Positions 8,443-17,352 of a DNA stretch of 64,000 nucleotides are shown piece after piece. The first letter of the stretch is position 1. Each line of letters opens with the position of its first letter. Location: NCBI GenBank assembly GCA_963710375.1, contig CAVPZX010000002.1, forward strand, positions 896,001 to 960,000, given 5' to 3'. Made by a program: the position numbers and the translations under genes. The notes under the pieces were generated by a model. It was not told the origin of the DNA, did not search any database, and saw only the letters and a list, made by a program, of their open reading frames with translations. The DNA comes from Nitrospirota bacterium (GTDB lineage Bacteria; Nitrospirota; Thermodesulfovibrionia; Thermodesulfovibrionales; Dissulfurispiraceae).

Positions 8443-9240
8443 TTACTTTACCTCCTCATACTTATATTTCTCTTCCAGTGTTCTTACAAATGCCTCCTGT
8501 TTTTCACTTACATCCCTGAATTGACCGTCAACACTTGTGAACCTGCTAAACAGGCGGCCTATCTGAGAGGTTGAAAGATTCCTGTCCATCCAGGGATAAA
8601 GCACCTCATCCTCTCTCTTGATATGTCCTGTGAGAAGCTCTCTGTAACCCATAAAGTGTTCGCGCACCGACAGGTTATCATCTGTCTCCAGCGCATCAAG
8701 AATCGCTTTTACATGGCCCCGGCCTATCCTGTGGTCCTCATTGAAAATCTTCACCATCTCAAGATTCTCGTCGAACTCCTTAAAAAGGATGTCCTCTTCC
8801 TTGGCGTGATGATACCTGTCAGCATAAGAGCGGATAAAATCAATCGTGTCCAGAACCAACGCTCTGTCTTCAATCCGTGACACATCCAGATCCTCAATAA
8901 TGTTAGGGATCATCGCCAGCACTCTTTTTATAACAGTATGCTCATCCACCAGCCCCTGTATCGGGGGAGAACACTTTATTTCCCTTATTCCGGCGGAAGC
9001 GCTCCTTATCTCAGTTACGGGTATTTGGATATTCCTGTCAGGGTATATGATCCTGCTGATTCTTGCCATTAAAACTCTTTCCTCTTCTTGCGGCAGGTTA
9101 TGGACCTGAACGATATCCTTTAAAAGACAGGTGCCGACCCCGCACAAGGTACAGCCTATACTATGTTCATCGAGAATGGCGCCTATTGCAGGAAACTCGG
9201 TGATAACTTCTTTAATGCCTTTGCTTAGATATTTTTCCAT
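8443..9240 (-). CDS. Hemerythrin-domain protein with N-terminal Cys-containing (ScdA_N/DUF1858-like) domain
   Basis: IGCTLCGVGTC N-domain; EH..I, HHAKEEDILF, DH..GR.H and HIKRED di-iron ligands. Confidence 0.85.
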   Translation of the reverse strand: MEKYLSKGIKEVITEFPAIGAILDEHSIGCTLCGVGTCLLKDIVQVHNLPQEEERVLMARISRIIYPDRNIQIPVTEIRSASAGIREIKCSPPIQGLVDEHTVIKRVLAMIPNIIEDLDVSRIEDRALVLDTIDFIRSYADRYHHAKEEDILFKEFDENLEMVKIFNEDHRIGRGHVKAILDALETDDNLSVREHFMGYRELLTGHIKREDEVLYPWMDRNLSTSQIGRLFSRFTSVDGQFRDVSEKQEAFVRTLEEKYKYEEVK

Positions 9241-9313
9241 GTCATCCGCCTTTGCTCACGTTTTTTTCTGGTATCCATGACTTTACTTTACACAACTTGC
9301 GAGGCCGTTAACT

Positions 9314-9327
9314 ATGACATAAGTCAA
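9314..9327. promoter_or_regulatory. HcpR/CRP-FNR-type box for the hemerythrin operon
   Basis: ATGAC-ATAA-GTCAA; minus-strand -10 TAAAGT at 9290-9285. Confidence 0.6.
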
Positions 9328-9392
9328 ATTTTCAGTTTTTATTTTGCGCCAACCAAATCATATAATAAGATCGCATTCTACACCGCTGCTTT

Positions 9393-9406
9393 TTGACTTG
9401 TGTCAA
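9393..9406. promoter_or_regulatory. HcpR/CRP-FNR-type box for the cupin gene
   Basis: Perfect TTGAC-TTGT-GTCAA; -10 TAAAAT at 9429-9434 gives a -41.5 geometry. Confidence 0.7.
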
Positions 9407-9488
9407 GGTCAGATATGTAGTCTCCTGATAAAATATAATTATGAAAGTGACAAGGATAGACTCTAATACCACTAAATAGGAGGATAAT

Positions 9489-9803
9489 ATGGAAGTGCTC
9501 AATCTCAAGCAGTTGATAAAATTTAGTCCTGACAAGATTTCAAGGGAAATGCTTTCCGACAAGCCTGAAATGCGCATAGCCTTGATGTGTCTTGATAAAG
9601 GGCAAAAACTCGATCCTCATAAAGCGCCGCTCAGGCTGCTTATGTACTGTGTAGAGGGGAAAGGTACTTTTACTATCGGCGATGAGCGCATAGAGGCAGA
9701 TGAAAAAACATGTATCCTCTGTGACCCTATGGTGCAGCACGGATTTGAGGCAAATAGGGGTGAAAAACTGGTAGTGATGGCGGTGGTAACACCAGCAGAA
9801 TAA
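9489..9803 (+). CDS. Cupin-domain protein
   Basis: GQKLDPH...YCVEGKG.F.IG and QHGF cupin motifs; SD AGGAGG. Confidence 0.88.
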   Translation: MEVLNLKQLIKFSPDKISREMLSDKPEMRIALMCLDKGQKLDPHKAPLRLLMYCVEGKGTFTIGDERIEADEKTCILCDPMVQHGFEANRGEKLVVMAVVTPAE

Positions 9804-9889
9804 ACAGTTGGCAGCACATGACACCCGGGTACAATATGAGATAAAATATTATCAGAGATTGACATGAGCTGAAAAACTTTACTTTGCGG

Positions 9890-9914
9890 GGCGGAGAACA
9901 ATTCCGCCTTTTTC
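9890..9914 (+). terminator. Intrinsic terminator between convergent cupin and DUF362 genes
   Basis: GGCGGA-GAACAAT-TCCGCC followed by TTTTT. Confidence 0.55.
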
Positions 9915-9919
9915 TTATC

Positions 9920-11035
9920 TCAACAAAACTTTTCAGCCGGGAAGAGGGTCATCTCGCTGAGCCGTTTTTTCAGATCGGCCTGGACTATGTTGTTTGAGGC
10001 TTCAAGGATAATTTCCGGCACACCGCCAAAGACATCGTATGCGTGGTTGAGGGCCCGGTCGTCCCAGACAGAATTGAGAGGGTTCTTGTTAAAGGGTTCC
10101 GAGGCAAGGGCCTGTCCCCATCCTCCCAGCCAGCTTACAACGAAGTTATTGGCTAATCTGGCAACCACTTTGCTGTTATACATGAAGCCATACTTTTCCG
10201 AATCCGGCATAGCGCGCCTGCTTTCCAGAAGCCAGGCAAGCGATACCATATCGTGGGCAACCACTGACTCAGAGGCAATCATCAAGCCGATCTCCGGCTG
10301 AAAGACCCGACCTTTATCCGGGCCAAAGGTGGTGAGTATCTTGTCTGCTGCTGTAACCACCAGCCGCTGCTTCTTGAGCAGGGTTTCCACAGTATTTGCT
10401 TCGGCTGTTTTCTCGTGGAAGGTGGATGCATCGTGATGGTATTCCAGCCGTGTGTCGTATCGCCAATAGCCCACTGCAGCCTTCAGGCCCAGCGAGTTGC
10501 CAGCCAGTACATGCCTGCCGCAACGGGGCATGAGCACGATATGCTGGACCTCCTTGAGGATGTTCGGCATCATCACGGGGCGCTTCCAGTTGGAACCCAT
10601 CATCGGGGTTTCTTCATAAAAAGCATCCCATCCCGCCTCCTCGAAGAAATGCATCTCAGCGCCTGAGGCATTTACAACCTTAGCTATGCCGCATGTCTCC
10701 ATCAACTTACGAGAGCTTCCGGTCAGTCTTGTCTGTGAAAATCTCACATGCTCGATACCCGACATGTCCCCCACGATTACCCGGCCCGCCCCCTTTTCCC
10801 TGAGGAGCTCGATCAAAGCAGCAACAGCAATGGGGCTGGTGGTAGCAGGATAGGGGTTGCCGGAATTGATGGCAGGTTTGATGAATACGGCATCGCCCTT
10901 TGACAGCCAGGAAAAATCAGTTGCAGCTTCAGCTGAGCCGCGAACCGCCTGTTTGATGACCTTTTCAGGCGCACCTTTACTTACGCCTGCAAAAAAGACC
11001 TTGGTTTTGGGGCCTTTCGTGAGTATGTCGTTCAT
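9920..11035 (-). CDS. DUF362 family protein
   Basis: GD.VFIKP..NS..PYPATTSP, GA..VIVGD, MPRC..H..AG...GLKAAVG and S...VAHD motifs. Confidence 0.8.
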   Translation of the reverse strand: MNDILTKGPKTKVFFAGVSKGAPEKVIKQAVRGSAEAATDFSWLSKGDAVFIKPAINSGNPYPATTSPIAVAALIELLREKGAGRVIVGDMSGIEHVRFSQTRLTGSSRKLMETCGIAKVVNASGAEMHFFEEAGWDAFYEETPMMGSNWKRPVMMPNILKEVQHIVLMPRCGRHVLAGNSLGLKAAVGYWRYDTRLEYHHDASTFHEKTAEANTVETLLKKQRLVVTAADKILTTFGPDKGRVFQPEIGLMIASESVVAHDMVSLAWLLESRRAMPDSEKYGFMYNSKVVARLANNFVVSWLGGWGQALASEPFNKNPLNSVWDDRALNHAYDVFGGVPEIILEASNNIVQADLKKRLSEMTLFPAEKFC

Positions 11036-11490
11036 TCCTCTTTTTTCATTATCTTGCGAGCGGTGTCGAAAACTCCTTCTTCAGCAAAGGTTATGGCGGT
11101 CATCTCCCTCTCGATCTTTTCGGCGTAAGCTTCCTTGATCTTGGTCATAAGGAGATCGATATCAGCCGGTTTCCTCAGGAAATCAAACCCCCCGATCCTC
11201 TTGGCTTCCTCGTCGTCCTTCTCGGTCCCGTGACCGGTCAGGATTATGACCTGCATATTGGGATTTGTTTTTCTTACCTCGCGAAGCACTTCCATGCCTT
11301 GAAGTCCGGGCATCTTCAGGTCGAGCACGAGCACATCAGGCTCCTCCTGCTTCACCCTCGAAAGACCCTGTTCACCGTCATACACACAGCTGACATTGAG
11401 ATCTCTCATTTTCAGCCGCTGGGCAAGTGTATTGACAAAGTCCTTTTCGTCGTCAACCAGCAGGACTTTTATTTCTTTTTTTTTCCTCAC
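11032..11490 (-). CDS. Single-domain response regulator with C-terminal AITFAEEG tail
   Basis: LLVDDE / LDLKMPG / ILTGHG / KP intact; GTG start after GGAGG. Confidence 0.9.
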   Translation of the reverse strand: MRKKKEIKVLLVDDEKDFVNTLAQRLKMRDLNVSCVYDGEQGLSRVKQEEPDVLVLDLKMPGLQGMEVLREVRKTNPNMQVIILTGHGTEKDDEEAKRIGGFDFLRKPADIDLLMTKIKEAYAEKIEREMTAITFAEEGVFDTARKIMKKEE

Positions 11491-11606
11491 AGGAACCTCC
11501 TTGAAACGAGTTTTGCATCAATTGCTCTATTGTAATGAAACTTGTTTAAAAAATAAACATGCCCTCACTTTTTTGATGCCTGGCTGTCTTCAGCAGTCCT
11601 GAAGCC

Positions 11607-12392
11607 TCAAGAACCGGCAACAGCGGTTCTCTGCTGCGGTCTTTCGATTTTCGTCCAGTAGGCCTCCTTGATTTTGCCTGCGAGCACATCGATGTCTGCA
11701 GGCTTGTTGACGAAATCAAAAGCGCCGAACTTTGCAGCCTCCTCCCTGTCACCCTTAGTCTCCCTTCCAGAGAGGATGATAACCTGCATGGCAGGGTGGG
11801 TTTTACTTACCTGCCGCAGCACCTCGATCCCGTCCATCCCCGGCATCCTCAAATCGAGGATCACAATGTCCGGCTCCTCTCTTTGGACAAAGGCAAGCGT
11901 CTCCTCTCCGCTAGTCGCAACACTCGTTTTGAGATTCCTCAGGTTCAACCTCTTTGCGAGAGAGTTCACAAATTCTACCTCATCATCGACAAGAAGAATC
12001 TTGAAGATGGAGAAATCGCTTGGGACGATGGAGACCGGGCATGGAGCGCGCCTGCCGATGTCTGCATACTTTTCAGGAATAAGGATCAGTTCGATCCTGT
12101 TGTCCCTTGCGTACTTGACAAACTCTTCCTCGGGTATGCCGTCCATGGTGGTGAAGCTCACTCTTATACCCTTCCCAACCTCAGCAATGATCTTCTCAGC
12201 ATCGGCCAGGTAATACGAAAGCTCACGTCTTGCGGTTTCCTCGGCGTTGAACCCCGCATACTCTGTAATAAGGGCGCTGTTGAGCACATGGATGACGTGA
12301 AGTTCGCCGCCAGTGGTCTTTGCCCTGAACAATCCATACCTCACAACGTCCTTCGAATTCAACGTGCCATCATAGACCGCCAAAATCCTCAT
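11607..12392 (-). CDS. Universal stress protein-receiver domain fusion
   Basis: N-terminal USP (RILAVYDG...LHVIHV...G.PEEE...APCPVSIVP) plus C-terminal REC (LLVDDE, LDLRMPG, KP). Confidence 0.88.
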   Translation of the reverse strand: MRILAVYDGTLNSKDVVRYGLFRAKTTGGELHVIHVLNSALITEYAGFNAEETARRELSYYLADAEKIIAEVGKGIRVSFTTMDGIPEEEFVKYARDNRIELILIPEKYADIGRRAPCPVSIVPSDFSIFKILLVDDEVEFVNSLAKRLNLRNLKTSVATSGEETLAFVQREEPDIVILDLRMPGMDGIEVLRQVSKTHPAMQVIILSGRETKGDREEAAKFGAFDFVNKPADIDVLAGKIKEAYWTKIERPQQRTAVAGS

Positions 12393-12429
12393 GTCAACCT
12401 CCTTTGAAGACCGTTATATGCCAATTTGG

Positions 12430-12445
12430 GCATTCATTATGCCAG
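12430..12445 (-). promoter_or_regulatory. sigma54 (-24/-12) promoter upstream of USP-REC
   Basis: CTGGCATAATGAATGC matches GG-N10-GC. Confidence 0.6.
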
Positions 12446-12470
12446 CTGCAAATGCTCTCTTTCTTTTCAT

Positions 12471-13136
12471 CTAAGAAACAGCTCTGCGAGTGAGAATAAT
12501 CACCGTTTCGCCATTTGCGCCCTGCCGGTCAAGGGCCCCGGACAGTTCCCCGCATACTTTATTGATCTCTTCGACCTTATGATACTCTCCTTCTCCTGAA
12601 AGTTCCTTTATATTTCCTTTCGGTATGATCGCAATTCTTATTGTATCGTTTGCAGTTGAGGTCCTTACGGTGATAGAGCCTCCTCTTTCGAAACTATTCA
12701 TCAAGTCTTCAATGATAAAGAATACCAGCAGCTGAAGCATGGACGGGTTGCTGTGAATAGGCGGAATACCCTGTTCGAAATCCTTAGTGAACTCTACCCT
12801 TTTCTGGTAAGCAACCCTAGCCAACAAGGCAACAAGCTCCTCGACAGCTTCATTCACACCAAAGGAAGAGAATTGGCTGTCCATCCTGTGGGCAAACCGG
12901 TTAAGGAAGGTGATCAACTGAAGACTCTTCTCGATCTGGGAGTCGACTGACCGGAGGAACTTTTGGATCTCGTCTCTATCAGGCTTCTTGCTCATAGAGA
13001 GCAAGTCCTGCTGCAAGCCTCCAGACTCCTTGATGATTGCAAGGTGATTTTTTAGTTCATGAGTGAATCCTGCAATGATACTCCCGATGAACCTGAACTG
13101 CAACTCCTTCATGTCAGCCGGACCGTTGTCTCCCAT
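12471..13136 (-). CDS. Sensor-less histidine kinase-like protein with degenerate ATPase domain
   Basis: H-box FTHELKNHLAII intact; N, G1, F and G2 boxes not recognisable. Confidence 0.75.
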   Translation of the reverse strand: MGDNGPADMKELQFRFIGSIIAGFTHELKNHLAIIKESGGLQQDLLSMSKKPDRDEIQKFLRSVDSQIEKSLQLITFLNRFAHRMDSQFSSFGVNEAVEELVALLARVAYQKRVEFTKDFEQGIPPIHSNPSMLQLLVFFIIEDLMNSFERGGSITVRTSTANDTIRIAIIPKGNIKELSGEGEYHKVEEINKVCGELSGALDRQGANGETVIILTRRAVS

Positions 13137-13519
13137 TATGCCCCCTTTTCCTGTTTATTGCTCTTCGCCTTTTCGATCTTCTCGACAAGGCTCTCGATAT
13201 CAATTGGCTTCATGATGTAGTCGAACGCCCCGCTCTTCATCCCTTCGGCGCTTTCCTCTGAAGGTCCGAGCCCGGTCAGCATGATGACTTGGATGGACGG
13301 GTTGAATTGCTTGATCGTCTGGAGCACTTTGATACCGCTCATCCCCGGCATCCTCAAGTCGAGCAGCATGACATCAGGAGGGTCGCTCCTCGAAAGTGCA
13401 ATGGCATCCTCAGCGCAATAGACCGACTTTGCAATGTATCCCCGCATTTGCAGACGTTCCGCAAGCGTTGACGCAAAATCTACCTCATCATCAACAATAA
13501 GCACCTTTGTCTGCAACAT
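13136..13519 (-). CDS. Single-domain response regulator
   Basis: LIVDDE, LDLRMPG, MLTG and MKP. Confidence 0.92.
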   Translation of the reverse strand: MLQTKVLIVDDEVDFASTLAERLQMRGYIAKSVYCAEDAIALSRSDPPDVMLLDLRMPGMSGIKVLQTIKQFNPSIQVIMLTGLGPSEESAEGMKSGAFDYIMKPIDIESLVEKIEKAKSNKQEKGA

Positions 13520-13532
13520 ATATGACCTCCGT

Positions 13533-15302
13533 TTACCCGATCTCCTTACGGACGGGTATCTCTATCGAAAAAGACGTTCCCTTCCCCACCTCGCTCTCGA
13601 CCGCAATCGTCCCCCCAAGCCTGGTTATGATGCCGTAGGATATTGAGAGCCCGAGACCGGTCCCTTTTCCTTTCTCTTTTGTCGTGTAGAAGGGCTCGAA
13701 AATATGCTTCAGTGCTTCCTTCGGGATGCCGTAGCCATTGTCTTGTATGGTGACGTGTACGGTATCCTGGTCCTTAAGCTCTGTTCCTATGGAGATTAGC
13801 CCTCCGTCACTAACGGCGTCAATCGCATTGTTGATAATGTTCAGAAACACCTGCTGGATCTGTCCCTTATCGATCAGCACCAACGGAATCTTTTCACCGA
13901 GGTTCATTGAGAGGCGGATATTTCTATATAAGATCTCGCGCTCGACGAACCCGAGGACCTCATTGATCGTTTCATTGATATCCGTCTCTACCGGGGTAAC
14001 GTCCATCCTCCTGGCAAACCCCAGCAGGCGATGGGTGATCGTTCTGCAGCGGTTCAGGCTGTCGGTAATCCCTTTTATCTGCGCAAGGAAATTCTCCTTG
14101 TTGGGAAAGTCGCCGGAAATCTGGAGGATGTCTTTCATAAGTCCTGCTTTTTCATTGATAATCGCCAGGGGGTTGTTGATCTCATGCGCTACTCCTGCCG
14201 CAAGCCTCCCAATAGACGCGAGCTTCCCCGCGTGCTCTGTCTCGACGATCGCTTCCTCCCTCTTTTGCTCCGCCTCCTTGATCCAGTTCACGACAGTGAA
14301 GGTTATGCGCAGGTTTACGGCTATGCCTATTGCGATAAGCACCCCAACGAGATAAAACACCGCGAGACCGCTTCGGAAGATTCCGAAGAGCTTCGAATAG
14401 ACCGTCAACTTGACGACGAAGCCCAGGAACCATTGGGAGTTCCGGATCGGGGCATACCCGAGGATAAAGCTGCCCTGCTCGCCGATCATCATATCGGTTA
14501 GAAAAATCCCCTGTTTTAGGGTAGGTATGTCGAGAAGGACCTTTTCAAGAAGGCGGCCATGTGCCCGGGAAGGGGTTTGAAGAATCCCCTCGCGGTTGAT
14601 GATGAACGCGTCGTCGTCCTGCTTGAGATTGATTGTGGACAAATACCTGTAGAGCGTCTCCATGTCGATCGTGGCCCTCAGAATCCAGAAGGAACCTTTT
14701 CCGGGGATATCTCTCCTGACCGCTATAGCGAAATGAGGAATCTTACGGTATCCCATGAAGACTTCGCTGACGTAGACACCCTTTACCACAGCCTCATTAA
14801 ACCAGTCCTGGCCTGAATAGTCTTTCCCCTCTAGCTGGTAAGGGCCCACGTACGAGCGCTGGATACCTTTAGCATCGATTATCCCGAGGTCGACGAACTC
14901 GCCGAATTCATTCTTGAAATTGAAGAACAAGGGATAAAGCACTTTTTTATCGGACACCTGGTCGTACGTATAGGTCGCAGAAAGAAACCGAAGGGCAGAG
15001 AGCTTCTCTGCGAGGAAGAACCCTATGGATTGCGACGTGCTCTCCAGCTGCCACTTGACCTGGTTGTTGATGTCTTCTTTCACATTGCTTTGAAGACCCA
15101 GGTAACTCGCGATTGTGACGATCATGAGCGGGATGCCGGCAAGAATCCCGATGAGCAGAAATATCTTGACCTTCAGCCTGTTGTATCTGTCTGTAGTTCC
15201 TAACGAGGCTTGGTCGTCTGCCATATCGCGAATCCAAAGGACCTTAGAACATCCTACTATCCATTCCTTTAATTTTCCTGCAAATTGATGGAGCTTCGAC
15301 AT
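13533..15302 (-). CDS. Cache-domain sensor histidine kinase (NtrB-like)
   Basis: Two TMs around a Cache domain (YSGQDWF, YVSEVFMGYRK.PHF); AHEINNPL, NIINNA, DNGYG, FEPFYTTK and GTGLGL. Confidence 0.93.
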   Translation of the reverse strand: MSKLHQFAGKLKEWIVGCSKVLWIRDMADDQASLGTTDRYNRLKVKIFLLIGILAGIPLMIVTIASYLGLQSNVKEDINNQVKWQLESTSQSIGFFLAEKLSALRFLSATYTYDQVSDKKVLYPLFFNFKNEFGEFVDLGIIDAKGIQRSYVGPYQLEGKDYSGQDWFNEAVVKGVYVSEVFMGYRKIPHFAIAVRRDIPGKGSFWILRATIDMETLYRYLSTINLKQDDDAFIINREGILQTPSRAHGRLLEKVLLDIPTLKQGIFLTDMMIGEQGSFILGYAPIRNSQWFLGFVVKLTVYSKLFGIFRSGLAVFYLVGVLIAIGIAVNLRITFTVVNWIKEAEQKREEAIVETEHAGKLASIGRLAAGVAHEINNPLAIINEKAGLMKDILQISGDFPNKENFLAQIKGITDSLNRCRTITHRLLGFARRMDVTPVETDINETINEVLGFVEREILYRNIRLSMNLGEKIPLVLIDKGQIQQVFLNIINNAIDAVSDGGLISIGTELKDQDTVHVTIQDNGYGIPKEALKHIFEPFYTTKEKGKGTGLGLSISYGIITRLGGTIAVESEVGKGTSFSIEIPVRKEIG

Positions 15303-15323
15303 AGTCCTCTCTCGATTGTTGGA

Positions 15324-16034
15324 CTAAACTTCCTTCTTGACCCTCGCTTTTTTCATGTTAAGGCCCACTCCCTCGAATGTATAGAAAATACCATAGCCCC
15401 ACCACATAGTGTAAAGCACATAAAATATAAGCAGCCCTGTGAGCAGCACGGCATGTTCGCTCACTTTTTGAGCATCGATTTTATAAAAGTTATATGCAGG
15501 CTCAATTGCCTTTCTGTTGACTTCGGAGACAATTTTCGCCTCATTAACGTGTTTGTCTTTCTTCATCACCTTCTCCATGGCAGACAAGGCCTGAAACCAG
15601 TCCTTCATAACCTTCATTTCATCATACCCGTAGCGGTCCGAAACAGCCTTGCCATTGTTATTGTACATTGCATCCGAATCCTGAAGCACGCTTTTCAGCA
15701 CAACACCGAGGTCTCCACCCATCTTTAATGTCGATTGTTTTATCTCAACAGTTGCTCCTGCCAGAGTGAAAAGCCTGGCTGTCCGGGCGGCGTCATCGGC
15801 CTTCTCAAGCTTAACAGTGGCGGTAAACTGCTTACCGGCAAAAGGCTCCACTTCTTTCGCCACCTTCGGTATGAAATATGATGAACCTTTCGCAAGCTTG
15901 TTAAAGGTGTCATCCGCGAACTCGAGCCCGTTTTTCCCGTTAAAGACAGGTGAGAAAATAAACAGCAGAACGACCAGGAAAGACGCACTGAAAAGAAGCC
16001 CTGTCCAAAACCGGTTTTTCTTCCGTATAAGCAT
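15324..16034 (-). CDS. Conserved hypothetical membrane protein (TauE-associated)
   Basis: N- and C-terminal TMs; NGL..AD..FNKLAKGSSYFIP and EPAYNFY; 1 nt from the TauE stop. Confidence 0.75.
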   Translation of the reverse strand: MLIRKKNRFWTGLLFSASFLVVLLFIFSPVFNGKNGLEFADDTFNKLAKGSSYFIPKVAKEVEPFAGKQFTATVKLEKADDAARTARLFTLAGATVEIKQSTLKMGGDLGVVLKSVLQDSDAMYNNNGKAVSDRYGYDEMKVMKDWFQALSAMEKVMKKDKHVNEAKIVSEVNRKAIEPAYNFYKIDAQKVSEHAVLLTGLLIFYVLYTMWWGYGIFYTFEGVGLNMKKARVKKEV

Positions 16035-16035
16035 G

Positions 16036-17328
16036 TTACACCTCCTCTTTAACCAGGGTGGCCTTTATATATTCATCATAGTCGCCCCTGAGTTCACCAA
16101 TATTCATTACAAACTTGCTGACCACCCAAACGGCAAACATGCCTACCACTATCCAGAATATGATATTCCCGGCCGACTCGATCATTTTGACCGTAGGTTT
16201 TGAGACATTGATTATATCGAACTCCACCAGCTTCTTAGGCAGCGTTGCAGCCCTGTTAATGAAACCTGCGAGGATCGATACAGCATAAAATCCCCTTATG
16301 TGGATGCCTTTAACAACCTTGGTAGTCAGGGCTCCGACCTGGATGCCGATCAGCGAGCCGAGGAGCATGCCCATCGCCAATGTATAAAATACATACCCGT
16401 AAATTGCATATTGCACTATCGATGCCAGTCCCGCAGTGAAAATGATCTGAAGGATATCGGTGCCGACAGTTGTCATTGAAGAAACGCCGAAGACGTATAC
16501 AAACATCGGAAAAGTGACAAAGCCGCCGCCCACTCCCATTATGGCAGCCAAAAAGCCTACTACAACGCCTCCAAGGGCAACGACTACGCCCGAGATTTTC
16601 CTTCCGCCGGGCACAAAATCTTCGTCAAAAGTAATTGACGGAGGGATATTCACGTTCTGCACGGCCACAGCAAGTTTAGTCAGTCCGGATGTTCCGCCAT
16701 GAGCATCGGCAGTGGCAGCACCCTTGGCCCTGCTCGATTTTATGAAATCGATAAGCCCATAGAATCCGAGAAACCCCAGTATTAAGGCGTAAATTGAGCT
16801 TATAAAAAAGTCGCTGAGATTCGGGTCGTAATTATAGAGCGCCTTGTTGATTGCGCCTCCTATGAACGTGCCTCCGCCGGAACCCACGAGAAACGCCATT
16901 GCCAGTTTCCCCGAGACATTGCCGAGCTTTTTGTGGACAGCAGTGCCCATTATCGCTTTTGCAAATATATGGAAGAGGTCTGTTCCCACAGCCAGAATCC
17001 CTTTTACCCCTGCGGCCATCAGCGCAGGGGTTATGATAAATCCGCCTCCGGCGCCTATACAGCCGGTGATCAGTCCGGCGCATAATCCGATCGCAATGGA
17101 AACGATGAAAATGTAAGTGGAATAAAAGGAAGGCGCATAGGCTTCCTTGCCGCCGATCATTTCTCCTGCTGTTGCAAAACTGACAGCCAGGATGGGAAGC
17201 AGCATCGCCAATAGGACAAGAAGCTTTTTCCTGCTCCTCATTATGCTCATGGAAGTCTCGATCTCCCACCTGGCATGTGCCATAGAACCCATCTTCAAAA
17301 ACTCGAAAACCTGCCTGGGAATACTCAT
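16036..17328 (-). CDS. Sulfite exporter TauE/SafE (DUF81) family permease, long type
   Basis: Duplicated GAGGGFI.TP / GVGGGFVTFP and AVGTDL / TVGTDI motifs; many TMs. Confidence 0.9.
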   Translation of the reverse strand: MSIPRQVFEFLKMGSMAHARWEIETSMSIMRSRKKLLVLLAMLLPILAVSFATAGEMIGGKEAYAPSFYSTYIFIVSIAIGLCAGLITGCIGAGGGFIITPALMAAGVKGILAVGTDLFHIFAKAIMGTAVHKKLGNVSGKLAMAFLVGSGGGTFIGGAINKALYNYDPNLSDFFISSIYALILGFLGFYGLIDFIKSSRAKGAATADAHGGTSGLTKLAVAVQNVNIPPSITFDEDFVPGGRKISGVVVALGGVVVGFLAAIMGVGGGFVTFPMFVYVFGVSSMTTVGTDILQIIFTAGLASIVQYAIYGYVFYTLAMGMLLGSLIGIQVGALTTKVVKGIHIRGFYAVSILAGFINRAATLPKKLVEFDIINVSKPTVKMIESAGNIIFWIVVGMFAVWVVSKFVMNIGELRGDYDEYIKATLVKEEV

Positions 17329-17352
17329 GGTATTTGCCTCCTTTATTCCTTT

